A stretch of DNA of 63,971 bases, filler included, from Phoronis australis (lineage: Eukaryota > Animalia > Phoronida): assembly GCA_002633005.1 (NCBI GenBank). It is 12 parts of 12 records of this genome, joined end to end, with 100 filler letters (N's around TTAATTAATTAA, not from the genome) between each part and the next. Parts side by side here need not be neighbours in the genome. Positions count along the whole stretch, not along the records: positions 23,476 to 30,628 come from NMRA01001595.1; positions 30,729 to 44,820 come from NMRA01001259.1; 10 more parts are not named here. One strand, written 5' to 3'. Below, piece after piece: positions 24,810 to 37,400 of the stretch. The notes below the pieces were generated by a model. That model was not told the origin of the DNA, ran no database searches, and saw nothing but the letters and a program-made list of their open reading frames with translations. Position 1 is the first letter of the stretch. Each line of letters opens with the position of its first letter. Made by a program: the position numbers and the translations under genes.

Positions 24810-27067
24810 GTAGGTGGAACTAGTGACAAGCGGCTTTCCGGGTAAATGTTTACGTGCTTCAATATGGCCGTCCCAGATTACGCGGCGATAGAACTCTCTT
24901 TGTCCCTGAGATTAGAAAGCAGGTAACTTCATTTTGGAAAGCAGCCACATTTTCGTGTATCTCATTGATGTCGGGAAGGGGAAGAATTTCAGATCACGCC
25001 GTCCACGGGTATTTGTCCAGTTTATCAAAGTTTCTTACGTCGGACTTGCAGCCCACAGCACAGCATGCAGTAATACTTTGTTGTCATTGGAAGGATGGAT
25101 AGAGTAATGCAACCGAGAAAAACTTGTATAGAATCAGACAACTACAAACAATTTGTGAAACTCTAGTAGCACAAAAACGAGGCAGCAAATGTGCCTGACG
25201 GATGTTTACGGCATTTTGGGTAAATACAGCGAGATTTGAGTGTATCTGTGTTATCCGGGACTGCTCTATAACAGTGAAGTCTGACCATTCTCAAAGGAAA
25301 TGAGCAGAATTACCTAATTTGTTCATTTCTAATGAACTTAGAACATTGGAAATTTTATTGTGTATGGCCAAAAAATCATGGTGGTATGGAATTTCAAAAT
25401 GTCTAGAATGCTAATTTGGTGCTGCCTGTCTGTTTTGGAAAAATGAGAAAATAAGATTTCGCTCGTCTGCCTAATTGGCAAGATTTTATAGTCTGGTTGT
25501 GTAACAAAAACAAGGTTATGTAGGATGCCTAACTTTAGAGCACCATACCTGAGAAATGGCTGATTGGATTCGTATAAATCTTTCAGATACTATGCTTTAT
25601 TCACTGTTCACTGACGGTGGTTGTGAGGGTCGACATTCTTCCTGTCTGTCTGGGCGTGTTTTGTTCTCTTGCGCCACGTTTCTGTTTTGACTCATAAATA
25701 CTTTTATTTCCGCACGAATCGCGGCTCTTTTTACTCAGTCGCCACAATTCTGTTCCCGTGAAGGTAGTTGTTTTTCCATGAACCCGTAGTGTGTTTTTCT
25801 CATGTACAGAAGGCACTAGTGAGCGGCTGCGTTCTGGCTTCTGGGTAGCGCATCAAAACTGAGTGATTAACACAACTGTAGTTCACCAGTGAAGAAACGT
25901 GTTTGTAAGAACAGAACTGGGGTGCATGACATGGGGAATAAATCTCACGAGAAAAGAGACTGAGAAAAGAAATCCAGCAACGAGAACGCCTGTTCAGGTC
26001 AGATGCACGGCATGAGGTATCAGACCACCGTCTTTCTTTTTCCACAGCACCGTGCAGAGTCACTGAGTGTTGTCTTTTGGTGTGTGGGTAAAATACAGTC
26101 ATCAAAGGGTTTAGCTTGTTTGATCAAATCAGTCTAAGGCTAAAAGTCAGAAAAACTGTCTACAACTTGAATCCAAAAGACAGAAATCCGTAGCCTGCTC
26201 AATAGTGGACTAAAATCCAAAGTCAAATGTATCAACTTTTGGCTATTCGTAGTCAGATGTCTGACTTTTAGTTTAAGTCAAAAGACAAAAGACTGTAAAG
26301 CTGGCCCCTGAATTGTTTTCCACCTTTTTTGTCAGTAATGTTTTACACAGATATAACGATTACCCTACAGTCACATTGTCAATATTGTTCAAGCTAGAAC
26401 CCTGGAGTACAAGCCAAAAGCATGTAACAGACAACATGACCCAGAATTCTCTTCACGACAGCTGAGTTGAAGCGGAATTCATTGACAGGATAGTCTGCTA
26501 TCATGATGGAGAATGAAGGGCAATTACAGTTTTGCCAGGCAGCCTAAGTGTTAATACCAGGCATTTTGCTGATTAGCTTTAGTGAGTCCAAACAACTTAA
26601 TGAATCCACCTAATTTGCGATCGCAAGCCCTTTAATTGGTTTTGACTATGAACTTGTACAATTATTTTCGCCGCTCTGAGCGTGGGCTGTTCTGGTCATT
26701 GTCCTATCGTGTATTTTTATGCACTAAGATTGTTTGACGTTGGTTTTTCGCAAATAACTAACTGCTAATGATTGTTGCCAGGAACTTGTATAACTAATTA
26801 GTAATGCCCTTTGAATCCTTAAACACTCATGTTTTTCAAACTGTTTATTATATATTTTCTTTTGAAGACTTATTTATGGGTGGATGAAGGTACTTCTACC
26901 GTTGTCGTCCGCTCCAGGGTCGGGGGGGGGGGGNTAATCTATTATAAGTAGCTGTGAAAGCACTTGGCGCCTTATTGCTGTATTGAAGCTGACTGTATAC
27001 AAAGCAGTGTGGTCATAGGTGGATTAGGACCTTGGTATATTGAATGCAAAATACTGACTAATAGGAA

Positions 27068-27108
27068 CAAATAAAATAAAATAAAATAAAATAAAATAAA
27101 ATAAAAAT
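27068..27108. repeat. (AAAAT)n microsatellite
   Basis: Directly visible. Confidence 0.95.
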
Positions 27109-28358
27109 ATGCTAGTTGGTATTATTGGTAGGACACTTAAAGGCAGGCCTTTATCCAGGATCTCGAAAATATGGTTCCAAAATGGGGTTCCCAATATTCC
27201 AGGGCGTCCATGATTCCGACGCTTAACCCCCACCCCCAGGACCATTCACCAGCTAGCCCCCGGCCCCCCACACAGTTTTTTTACAAAAAAATGTGTAGAC
27301 TAAAGTTTTTACATCCAAGTTTACAAAACAGCCTTCAGTAGTGAGCTTTTTTACTAAAAAACTGTGTAGACCTAGACTTTTACAATTAAATTTACGAAAA
27401 CAGCCAAGTAGCTTACTGAACAAATATTAGAGATATTGGTTGAACGATGAGTGCACCATGTTTTTTAGTGATTTCGAGTCAAATTGATGTATGAAGTTTG
27501 TCATATCATTTTAATTAGCTTTAATATTCTGTAAAATGAGGCATCAGAGCTGCAGGCACAAAACAAGAAAAATGCACGTGTGATGTGTGATTTATATTTT
27601 GGCAACTGGTGTCGCTGCTGTTCCATATTAAAACCTTAAACGCACATTGAAAGCATGAAACGGGCGCAAACTCAAAAAATTTAAATGGGCATATTCTTGT
27701 GGCACAATATTGTATTAAAATAATGACATTTATTTTGCTTTTGATGTTTTCAAAAAAGATGAAAATCATTAAGTTACAGCTCTGAAACACCAATTTGGAG
27801 TTGAACCCTATAGTAGTGACCTCTGGAGGTAAGATCACTGGGAGCATAGCTAGCAGTGGAAGAAAGTGACAACAAAACTTGCTAATTCTTGAAAGGTGTT
27901 GTGGATGCTCAGTGCTGTCAATCAAGTGTGAACATAGCAACAGTATATTTCTTCCTGCTTTGAAAAGAGCCACCACTGTGAGCTCACTTCTCCCTTCAGC
28001 TATGTACCTAGGTTTCCTGGCAATCATTACAATGTGTGTGTCCAAACTTGAAAGGTTCCAATTGACACTGGGCGTCCAAATAATACATTGGGCGCCCTTG
28101 TCTTGGTGTCCTTGCCAGGGCGTCCAGATTAGTGCTAGGATGTCCATTTGGACGCCCAGGACGTACGCTGCATAAACTCCTTTAAGTTAAAGGAGAATGC
28201 CACCCGATTTAATTAGTCTTTTTAACCGTCTTAATCGGTCTATAGCCACATCGCCTCGCACATGGTTGACCTTAGCTTGCCTAGAGGTGTTGCGTTAACA
28301 TGTGAGGAACGTGAGAAACGACGCAGTGACGTGAGTGGTTCATCTGCAGAGTGCTGCT

Positions 28359-28605
28359 ATGTTACGGTATATCGTTCACGCTTGCTCGAACTATGGAGCT
28401 GCGAGGAAAGCGGGTATATCGTTTTTTGACTTCCTCGAGAACCCGGATTGCTTAGGAAGTGGCTCATGGTAGTAAAGAATGAAAAGTACACTGTTAATAG
28501 CAAGTATGAGGCCGTGAAACATCTTTGTGTCTGTGGCCGACATTTCGTCAACAGTGATTTCTCTGACGAATGCCGGCTTACCAAAGAACTATCCATACCT
28601 TCCTT
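28359..28605 (+). pseudogene. Frameshifted THAP zinc-finger domain (transposase N-terminus)
   Basis: MLRYIVHACSN...GISFF-/-PREPGLLRKWLMVV...HLCVCGRHFVNSDF...SIPSF: THAP C2CH pattern with conserved P, W, VCxxHF and AVPT-like box; first Cys lost. Confidence 0.8.
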
Positions 28606-28749
28606 TGCCTGTGCATGTTCATGGCGCCTCTCTAGTATTTCTTGATCCGTGTATTCCGGTTCGAACTGATAGCCTGTGAAACCTAACGATCTATCTGTAA
28701 AGTCTTCGTCGGATGAGCTCTCATCTAAGTCAGAATTGCGAGTTGCCAC
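28590..28749 (-). pseudogene. N-terminus of a Kolobok accessory (KolX / 'P2X7-like') ORF
   Basis: Acidic start SDLDESSSDEDF followed by GYQFEPEYTDQEILER; the YxFEP motif is recalled from these proteins; start codon reads GTG. Confidence 0.55.
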
Positions 28750-30552
28750 GTTGACGTTTATTATTCTGCGTTGAAATTCTCACCCTAACCAATGCTTATA
28801 TAAAACTGAAACATAGTCTGTCTCAGTAGATACAATTTGTAGTGCCTTTGGAGTATTTGTGAGTGCAAATGTTATGAGAATCCAGCAATGAATAAACCAC
28901 TGCCTTAGGGGCTTTAGGTACAATAAAGATAATTGACCGGGCACTGAGGCCGTGTGAGCGCATGCTAATTCAGACAGAAAGCTGTTGTGAATCAATAACT
29001 CGATCTTACCCGCTATGTTGACATTTTTGGGAATCTTTATCTAGATGTACAAGTACATTATTCAAGTCGTTGTTACTGTGCAACTTTTGCCCCGACTTTT
29101 CCGTTTAAGGGGAACTTCAGTGACTTCGCGGCCCCCTACAAGTATGTAGGTTTTCGTAGGTTTTCAGTTTTGTGGCTAATTCACCAAAATAATTTCGTGC
29201 ACATTATTTCTTTGGCTCACTAGTATAGTCTTTTCTTGACTGGAGGTTTAGTTTCCAACTTAAGCTGGTTTATGTTAGTGATGTCCAGTCCCGGCGGCCG
29301 CGACGAGCCTGATTGGGTTCGGAGCCACTGGGTGGGATAACAACCGTTTTGTGTGTTTAGAACTGAAAAAAAAATTGCAAGTCTAAAATTACAACATACA
29401 GCTATGTTCTGTCTGTATTTAATGGAAGAATGATTCGAATTTATTACCAAACAGACCCTAACTCCCGCGATAGACCATGGAAAATTGGCCTACCGAACTC
29501 TGTACGTTCAAATACCTATAAATCCGTAACAGGGAAATAAAACAACATGTTTGTTCAAGAACTCGATGTATTTGTATGGGTTTTACATCCAATTTATTGG
29601 GATAAAATGATGAATTCAAGCGATAAGTTGAAACCAGTAAGCGTGTTATGAACAGCTAAACAGACTGCGTTCGAACCGATTACGTCATTGGTTAATTTCA
29701 ACACCTCCGTCTGCCATCAGGTGTTGGGTAAAACAACTGAACTTGCTGTTATAGAGTGGAACTACTCGATCTAAATTGATACAAAATAGGTTGTTTTTTG
29801 GGTAGCATTCTCTTTTAAGGAGTGAAGAGGATTTTCATTTTAATTTCAAAACATTCGAAAGTGATGTCAGTGGAAAGAGTATGAAAGTACAAGCATTTTA
29901 GTATCTATTTTGTTAAAATTGACCCAACGGAGCCTTTTGGCCCACTGGCTTGCAGGTCCATAACAGGCTTTTCCACATAACAAAATGGCAGACCCTTTAT
30001 AAGTGATAGCCGATCTGTCTATGTCATTGGTTATACCCCGTATATGTATTTCTTAAATTGAAATTTGAACTCCCTCAAATATTAATTTAAGACTTGGGAC
30101 TGCACCAATTTCTAAAAGGGCCCAGTTGGACATATGAACATGAAATTAAAATACAAAAGGAGAATGTGGAAAACTAGAAGCATATTTTCATCATAGTATT
30201 TTATTTCTTCCAGTGCATGCAAAAAGTAAAAGAGGTCTTACTATGGACCTTTTTTACAGATAGACAAAAATGTTTGAGCAATCGATTTTGGGAAGTCTAT
30301 ACAGCTAGCAGATAAGTCTAATGTTAAGTCACCAAGAAGCAGATATCCAACAAATTCCTGGGATGGCAATCATTAGCTTTTGTCTTCCTGTAAAAAGATT
30401 CACTGAAGTATTTGTCCCAACGTAATGACCGTGTGAAGAAAAATAACGTGATGATTAAGTCTTAACATGTTTCGATGTGCCTAACATCCTCAGAAACAAA
30501 CTGAGGCCATCTAAGGAGGCTAGAACATTAGGAGAGTGAGCTATATACGGCA

Positions 30553-30628
30553 TCATAGTAATACAACAGTCTAGTCATAGTAATACAACAGTCTAGTCAT
30601 AGTAATACAACAGTCTAGTCATAGTAAT
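30553..30628. repeat. 22-bp tandem repeat (CATAGTAATACAACAGTCTAGT) ~3.5 copies, cut by the linker
   Basis: Directly visible. Confidence 0.92.
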
Positions 30629-30728
30629 NNNNNNNNNNNNNNNNNNNNNNNNNNNNNNNNNNNNNNNNNNNNTTAATTAATTAANNNNNNNNNNNNNNNN
30701 NNNNNNNNNNNNNNNNNNNNNNNNNNNN

Positions 30729-30800
30729 ACTTTGAAGTGGAATAATTGGGTGAGTAAGACAACAAGCCGGTTTTATGCTTAGGCGGACGACTATAGGGTT
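30729..30800 (+). mobile_element. Terminal fragment (copy 3) of the sub-TIR repeat
   Basis: Near-identical to 5830-5900. Confidence 0.85.
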
Positions 30801-31885
30801 TCGGGGTGTATATTGTGTATAACAATTTCTTTTGATAAACGAAGTAAGAGTGTGAATTTCATGTGTTGCGTCTTTCTACACGGGTCATTGTAGGCCCTAT
30901 TAATTTTGTACTTTAATAAGTAACTAGTAGGCCTACTTGTGACAACTTGTGTTAATGTTGTTTTCTTGTCCTATTTTCCTGTACCGATGCATAGTAAACA
31001 TTTTATTAAGTTGCTTACTTTCTAAGCCTTATTACAAACTAGCTAGCCTTGGTGTAAAGCAAAGGTGTTTGTCTTCATAGTGCTAGTTGTCTTGGTGGCT
31101 AGCTGTAACTTTGTGTTCATTTCCTTCCAACTCAAACAATTTTTTTCAAATCCAAGGAGCATCACAGAGTACCTCAGAAGTGACTGAACAAATTTACGTG
31201 CAAATTAAAGATACTACTCTTTCTGCTCTGTTCTTCAAAATACTGTTAGTTATTGATTTAAAATGTTCCACTTTTGCATCAGGGACTGTCAAAAATAGGG
31301 CGGATTTTTGTGAAAAAATCAAAGTTGCATCAAATGAAAAGGAAATGTTAATTTAGAAAATCACTATGGCAAAGATTTTTTGAGATTTTATTTGTAGCAT
31401 TTATATCCTGTAATTGTTCTCGTGGTTTTGCTTTGAATGTACTTTCCTTTTGTTCAAAATTTTACGATAAAAGCATAATCTCTTGAACTTATTAATGGCA
31501 GATTGGTTTAAAGTCAGCTACTAAATTCAATTTAAATTCTGCTCTCAGAAAATATACACTTTCGCTGAGAGTTAAATTCAAGTTTTACAGATATTTGGCT
31601 AAATGTACAGATATGTCAATAGGGTCCAATATAACCTTATAATGGTTGTAGTTAAATGTTAATAAGAACGAATACAATCAACAGTCAATGTTTTACTCGC
31701 AGCCGTTGAATTTTCATTAACTTGCCTAGGACTATTTTAGTCCCACGTACAACGAAGTGAATGACTTTTGATCATGACATGCCCCAGTTAATGTCTTTTT
31801 GTTATCCAAGGTTAGTTCATTGAAAAACACCGTTTAAAGCTGAAATATTTCTTGAGTGATTATAATTATTTTCTGTTTGCAGGAC

Positions 31886-33685
31886 ATGGCGTCTAATGAT
31901 CCAGTTGCTCAGCTAGGTAGACTGGTAGAGTGCCCCGTGTGTTTTGAGCGATCCAGTGACCAGAGGATTCTGCCGTGTCTTCACTCATTCTGTGAAGATT
32001 GCTTGAACAGTCACATGACAGAACAGGGGCAAAGTGGTGAATTTCCATGTCCACTGTGCAAAACAAAATTTGCTGTTCCAAGAGAACGTGCTAGTGGCTT
32101 TAAGCATAACTTTATTCATGTCGGTATCTGTGACATTGTTTCGAATTATGACAACATGAACAAAATGCATTGTTCAGCTCATGGAGGCCGAGTTTTGGAA
32201 CTGTACTGTGAACAGTGCAAGGTGGCCATATGTTTACGCTGTGTAACTTCAAGTCATAATCAACACAAACTGAAAGATTTAGACGTTGCTGCAAAAGACG
32301 CCATTGAGGTGATGCGTGATTTGTTGAAACCTTGGCAAGATGCTACGCAGCACTGGGAAATGTTGCGTGATAAACGACAACAAGTTGCACAAAGTTATGC
32401 CCAGCAACAAAAAGCTTGTAAGAATGAGATAAAACGTGTATACAGTGATTTCCTGGCAGAGATCACTCGTCAAGTCAAAGTTAATGAAGAGAAAGCTATT
32501 GCAGAGTTGGAAAAACAAGTAGAGGCGGCAAGAAAACAGGCAGAAGCTACTTGTGATGAGGCTGAATTGAACAGGGCGAAGTTTGCTAGAGTATATGATT
32601 ATGTAAATAATGTTCTTGAGTCGTGTCATGACACTGAGAAACTGCAACAATTTAATGAGATTAAGTCACTTCTTAAAAACTTGAATATTGATCAAATCGA
32701 GAAGCGGGTTAAAAAATCAGTCTTTCAAATACAACCTGCGACAATTGCAGTTCCAAATGTAGCTGTGAATATTATGAAAAAAATGGAAGACGAAAATATT
32801 TCATCCAATTTTTTGAAAAATTTTGCCTCAGTTGTTGCAGTTTCCAGTAAATCACCTGTCCACCGTGTGACCCCTCAACTGGCTGTTAAACATGTTCAAC
32901 TTGAGCAGAGATTTAGCAGTCGGCTTGAGGTAGAGTGGGGAGGCAGATGTAATGGGCTGGCAGTGGGTGATGGGGTGGTGGTTGTAACGAAAATGAACAA
33001 CCACAATGTCAAGGTGTATAATAAAAACAACTTGTCATTCAAATTCACGTTAAACACCTCCCAGTACCAACTGCAGGACCCTCGGGATGTGACATGTAAT
33101 AGACTTGGTGAGATCTTCATCACCGACTGCGGCATTCACGGTGTTGTCAAGTATGACGCCAGAGGTCAACTGGTGAAGGTCTACCCAGGTGTGTATAAAG
33201 GTGAGGGGTGTATTACATGTCACACAGACCAGCTGATAGTGGCGGATACAGACGGTGGACGGGTGTTGTACACGGACTTTGAATGTAAGGTCCATCATGA
33301 AATAGACGCCCCCTCCCTGGGTCTGAGTAAGTTCTCACCATACCGTATATGTGTGGATGAGAACACTGGACATGTGGTGGTGAGCCAGGAGACACCCCCA
33401 CGTGTGTACGTGATTGACCCCACACAGCCCGCCGTTATACACACATTCAGTGATGGACTGGGTGTGCCGTGGGGTGTGTGTGTGGATCAGTTCGGCCACA
33501 TTCTCCTGGCTGACTCTGTCTGGTGCAATCAGTGTATCCATCTATTGACCCCTGCACGTGCACACGTGATCACCACGAAGGATGATGTCTGCTGTCCTAC
33601 AGCCATATGTCCATCAGGACCAGGGAAGGTGTATGTACTGGAGAGGGACGGTGATGTGAAGGAGTTTAGTTATCTTGATATATAG
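31886..33685 (+). CDS. TRIM-NHL protein (RING, B-box 2, coiled coil, NHL beta-propeller), 599 aa, single coding exon; putative E3 ubiquitin ligase
   Basis: RING CPVC..LPCLHSFCEDC..CPLC; B-box CSAH..LYCEQC..ICLRC..HNQH; heptad-rich region; NHL repeats (PRDVTCNRLGEIFITD, PWGVCVDQFGHILLAD, PTAIC). A splice acceptor ttttctgtttgcag ends at 31882, just before GACATGG, so the ORF-track start at 31856 is intronic. Confidence 0.93.
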   Translation: MASNDPVAQLGRLVECPVCFERSSDQRILPCLHSFCEDCLNSHMTEQGQSGEFPCPLCKTKFAVPRERASGFKHNFIHVGICDIVSNYDNMNKMHCSAHGGRVLELYCEQCKVAICLRCVTSSHNQHKLKDLDVAAKDAIEVMRDLLKPWQDATQHWEMLRDKRQQVAQSYAQQQKACKNEIKRVYSDFLAEITRQVKVNEEKAIAELEKQVEAARKQAEATCDEAELNRAKFARVYDYVNNVLESCHDTEKLQQFNEIKSLLKNLNIDQIEKRVKKSVFQIQPATIAVPNVAVNIMKKMEDENISSNFLKNFASVVAVSSKSPVHRVTPQLAVKHVQLEQRFSSRLEVEWGGRCNGLAVGDGVVVVTKMNNHNVKVYNKNNLSFKFTLNTSQYQLQDPRDVTCNRLGEIFITDCGIHGVVKYDARGQLVKVYPGVYKGEGCITCHTDQLIVADTDGGRVLYTDFECKVHHEIDAPSLGLSKFSPYRICVDENTGHVVVSQETPPRVYVIDPTQPAVIHTFSDGLGVPWGVCVDQFGHILLADSVWCNQCIHLLTPARAHVITTKDDVCCPTAICPSGPGKVYVLERDGDVKEFSYLDI

Positions 33686-33714
33686 TTTAGCACACCTGTA
33701 CCATCACCTGGTTG

Positions 33715-33720
33715 AATAAA
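33715..33720 (+). terminator. Candidate polyadenylation signal of the TRIM-NHL gene
   Basis: AATAAA 30 nt after the stop codon, followed by GT/T-rich sequence. Confidence 0.5.
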
Positions 33721-36537
33721 TGTTTGTGATAATGTTTTGATGAAATGTTTTGTGAAATAACGTTGAAATTCTTGAAGTCTGTATATAACTTTGTGTGCAG
33801 ATGACAAAGTAATATTGGACGTATTTTATTTAAAATTTCGAATAAAAGTTTGACAAAAATCAGCACATTTGTACCTGAAGGTCTCGTGTATTTGAATGAT
33901 CATTGTAGTTACACTGTAAAATACGTGCGTTTACCTTTTTTACAGACCCGTTTTACCTGTGCGTAGTTGTGCGCGGCGACATTTTATCATCTTAAAACGC
34001 ACTTTCTCACATCTGTGTTCCAGTAAAACACGTGTTGTAAAGATTATGCCCTGTTCTCTATTATCAATACCAAAATTCTATTCACGACGTCAATAACATT
34101 TTCATGTTTCTATGAAATAACTGTGATCATAGTGTTCGTTTTCATTGAAATTGTCGCTCTTGAAATTCTTAATCAATGTTATTGGATACTTGAGATTTTC
34201 ATCATCATCAAAACAAAATTGATCATTTTCTCCCGGACAAACGCAACGTGGAATTGAGTGGGATGAAATTGTTGAACTTACAAGCTGTAACAGAGCTATG
34301 AAACACAAGATTGATCATTGTATTTCACGATTTTATTACAAATCTCCAATTACCGCCATTATTTGCCAGACATTCGTTGAAATCAAGTTCTGTGACCTCA
34401 CCAGTGAAAGTACGCTTGAAATACTCTCCCACGTACTGACGCTGGGATGAAGCGCAGCAAACAAAACGTTTGCTTGCGACGTTAGAATTTGTAAAGTTCG
34501 ATTCCCATCTGAGGCTGATCTCGGAAAGTGATTCTTCTCGACTATAGTGTTATGTTAGTTGTTCATGTGATTAATTAAAATTTAATCGAAAAAAAAACTG
34601 TTTTGATTTCAGAAACGGCCTTGTATCCTTGCACATGAAGTCACACCTCTACATCAATAAAAAACTGATTATTCACGCCCTTTATCGATTCATTAAAAAC
34701 AAACGAATTTTGAACGTCTGGTGAAGTGTAAAGATAATCTTGATTGACATGCCGTACTGCTGACAACACACAAAATTCATGAAATCCTTTATTAAAATTG
34801 TCATCATAATTATTTTCGAATTGTCATAGGTTACCTAATGTCCAAACTTTTTGCTCAGACACATATAATTACAAAGTTTCCTGATTCACAAGCCTATGCA
34901 TGGCAATAAAGTGAAAATTAATTTATTCTTCAACTACTCTTTTAGAACGCCCTTCTCCTGGGGTTCCTAAACATCTTTCACTTTCGATTTTCAATGAATG
35001 GTTTACAGATCCAAATATAGCAACAGCAGATAAAGGCTTTTTAGTGTATAAACATCTAGCATAATCTTCCATTATAAGATCATATTTATAAAGTCTATAA
35101 CTGACAAGCTTACAAAAAGATGACATTTTTTTTCTTGCTATAGCTGGGAATCAATACATGAAGATCTCCATTACGCTGAATTCTTTACTGTGTTCTGTTC
35201 GTTAACTTACACTGTAAACTAGTTCTCAGCGAGTCGGCTACTTTTTGAGTGCAACATCTTTGTTATTTTAGAAACATTTCTGTAATATTCATGTAGTAAT
35301 AACGAGAAATTAACGAGTCCATTCTTAAATTTGTCAACATACGTAATACGTGTCGGATGTCTAAAAGGTCAAGAGCTTGCATGTTGGTTACGCTAAAACA
35401 TGACTTTCGAATGATATTACTCGAAAATTAGTGACTGCAATAATATCTTAACCAGTCGTTTTAAGCTCAATTGATTAATCACAAATCACTGTTTTTAACG
35501 TACACGTTCAATTTAAGTTTGTATTTAAAGATGCTTGTTTACTCGTTTGGTTCAAGGTCGTCGTAATTATATGACAGCTGCACAGTTCAACGCTTTCTAA
35601 CAATCCGAATGCCAAGGTCAACTAAATAGTTGAATCAAAAAAGATCGAGAAAATGCACTACTGAGAATATACAGTTACAAAATCTAAAATTCATCACCTT
35701 ATACTTTTGACGTTCCGCGGGACTGTTGGAGCATTGGAGTCCTGGCTTGCGTTCCGTAGACCTAGTTTGTTGTTAAAAAAGGCAATAACTTGCTAGACAT
35801 CACGAGTTTTCACCGTGTAGTCCAAGCAAAGAAGCTAAACAGATGTGTCGCTGTTAGTTGGGCGCACGAACGCACTTTCTCACAAATTATATTGTAACAA
35901 TCTAAACAATGCATGGTAATCAAATATCTGTTAATTGTAAACGAAGGACAGTGGTACCGCCAACACACAAGTAAACCCCAAAAATGATCCCAAAATGGTC
36001 TGTATTCTTGGTTTGGCCACTTTTTTCTACGTTTCCTTAATTGTGTGACGAAACGCACCACTGCGCAGTGTAAACCTGTGTATAAACCAGCGTGTCAAGA
36101 TTGAGCCGAGTTAAAAAGGAAATGCGCGGTGTACTGCGTAAACGTGCGTCAACGTCTCACTACCTCTTGACGCAGCTTGTGGAATGGGCTTCCACAGTGG
36201 CGGTGTTGGCAGTTTTTGTAGGTGGGCCCAGGTGAGAAAATGTACCCCTCATCTACAATGTTATTTTGCGGCATATCGTGAATATGATCTGCCAATATTG
36301 TTTGGACAGCGTACACGTTATAACAAGCAAAACACAAGGAATCGATATTTTTTGATCCTCCTCAGAGCCAAAAAGGACGCTTCTGGAAATTTTTGATTGA
36401 ACACATTTTGCCACCCACTCTATCTCCAATCACATACGGAATAATTGTTTGGGCAGCTAGAGTTTGCACAAGTTTAAAAATGTAACAAAAAAGCTGTACG
36501 AAATTTTAACGAATCAGTGTACCTTCAATGGATGACT

Positions 36538-37400
36538 CAGGCCCGCAGCAAGCGGGGGGGGGAGGCAACCGACAAAAAGCGTTGGGCCGGGGAGAGTGAA
36601 GAAGAGAAAGACTTCGATAAGAGAGAAAATTCAAGAGAACATTTAACTACTCAGGTACAGTGCTTGGTTTACCATTTGAGGATCCTGGCCGGGACACTGT
36701 TGTTAGAGTCTCCGCTTTTACACCACATGTCGTCTAAACACACTTGAAAACATGCAGGTAATCATTCATACATATTCATTCATACAAATATTTCGAAAAA
36801 TCGAGAAAAATTGTAAAGCGAACTTTTTGCGGAGCATATTAATTTACTGGATTTTTAAGTTCAACAAGACAATTTTGCGAATGCAAAACTATAGTTTTCC
36901 AGAGGCCCTTCTCTCCCAAGTCATAAGGGAGAAAACTGTCGCTGTATTGTTTCCCTTGTGCATCACTTGAGAAAATTGATGACCTGACACATAATATAAA
37001 TTCCTGAGCATTTTCTGACTTTTGAAAATATTTAGGAGCCTAGCCCTTGAAGGGACTATTGATGACATTCACATTTTGTGTTTTTATTGACAAATTCTTA
37101 AGGGGTCCTCACGGAGAGAGGGTCCAATGTGGGAATTGATTACCTGCATTTTCCTGTTTTTTGTGAAATCGTGCAACTGGCTTAAATCTTGAGGAAGTTC
37201 ACTTCCTGCCCACACGACGATGTAATGAACAGTCACTCTTTTTCAAGCTTACCATCTTATGTTGTCCCATTTCAAACTGGACCCTCTCTCGGCAGTTCGG
37301 GGAAATCTCCGTTTATCTCTCTATACATGTAAGTCCAACATTGCCATTCACAAAGGGAAGCTCAGATTCCAAATTCATCAAAAACACAAAACGTTCGTGC
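36538..37400 (+). mobile_element. ~0.9-kb interspersed repeat, copy 1 (probable non-autonomous DNA transposon)
   Basis: Collinear with 55199-56150 (agagagaaaattcaagagaacattt, tttgcggagcatattaatt, cacttgagaaaattgatg, gattccaaattca). Confidence 0.8.

Larger units (their letters stand above)
28191..29814 (+). mobile_element. Non-autonomous, internally deleted Kolobok-type DNA transposon
   Basis: TTAA at 28187-28190 and 29815-29818; TIRs AGGAGAATGCCACCC / GGGTAGCATTCTCTT (13 of 15 complementary); contains THAP and KolX-like remnants. Confidence 0.8.

Noticed and set aside
27521-28175. 208-aa and 98-aa ORFs
   Set aside because: No recognisable domain; they lie in a probable decayed non-autonomous element with ggcgtcca sub-repeats
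33910-36150. CACTGTAAA termini suggesting an EnSpm/CACTA element, plus short minus-strand ORFs
   Set aside because: No matching right TIR found and no recognisable transposase motifs
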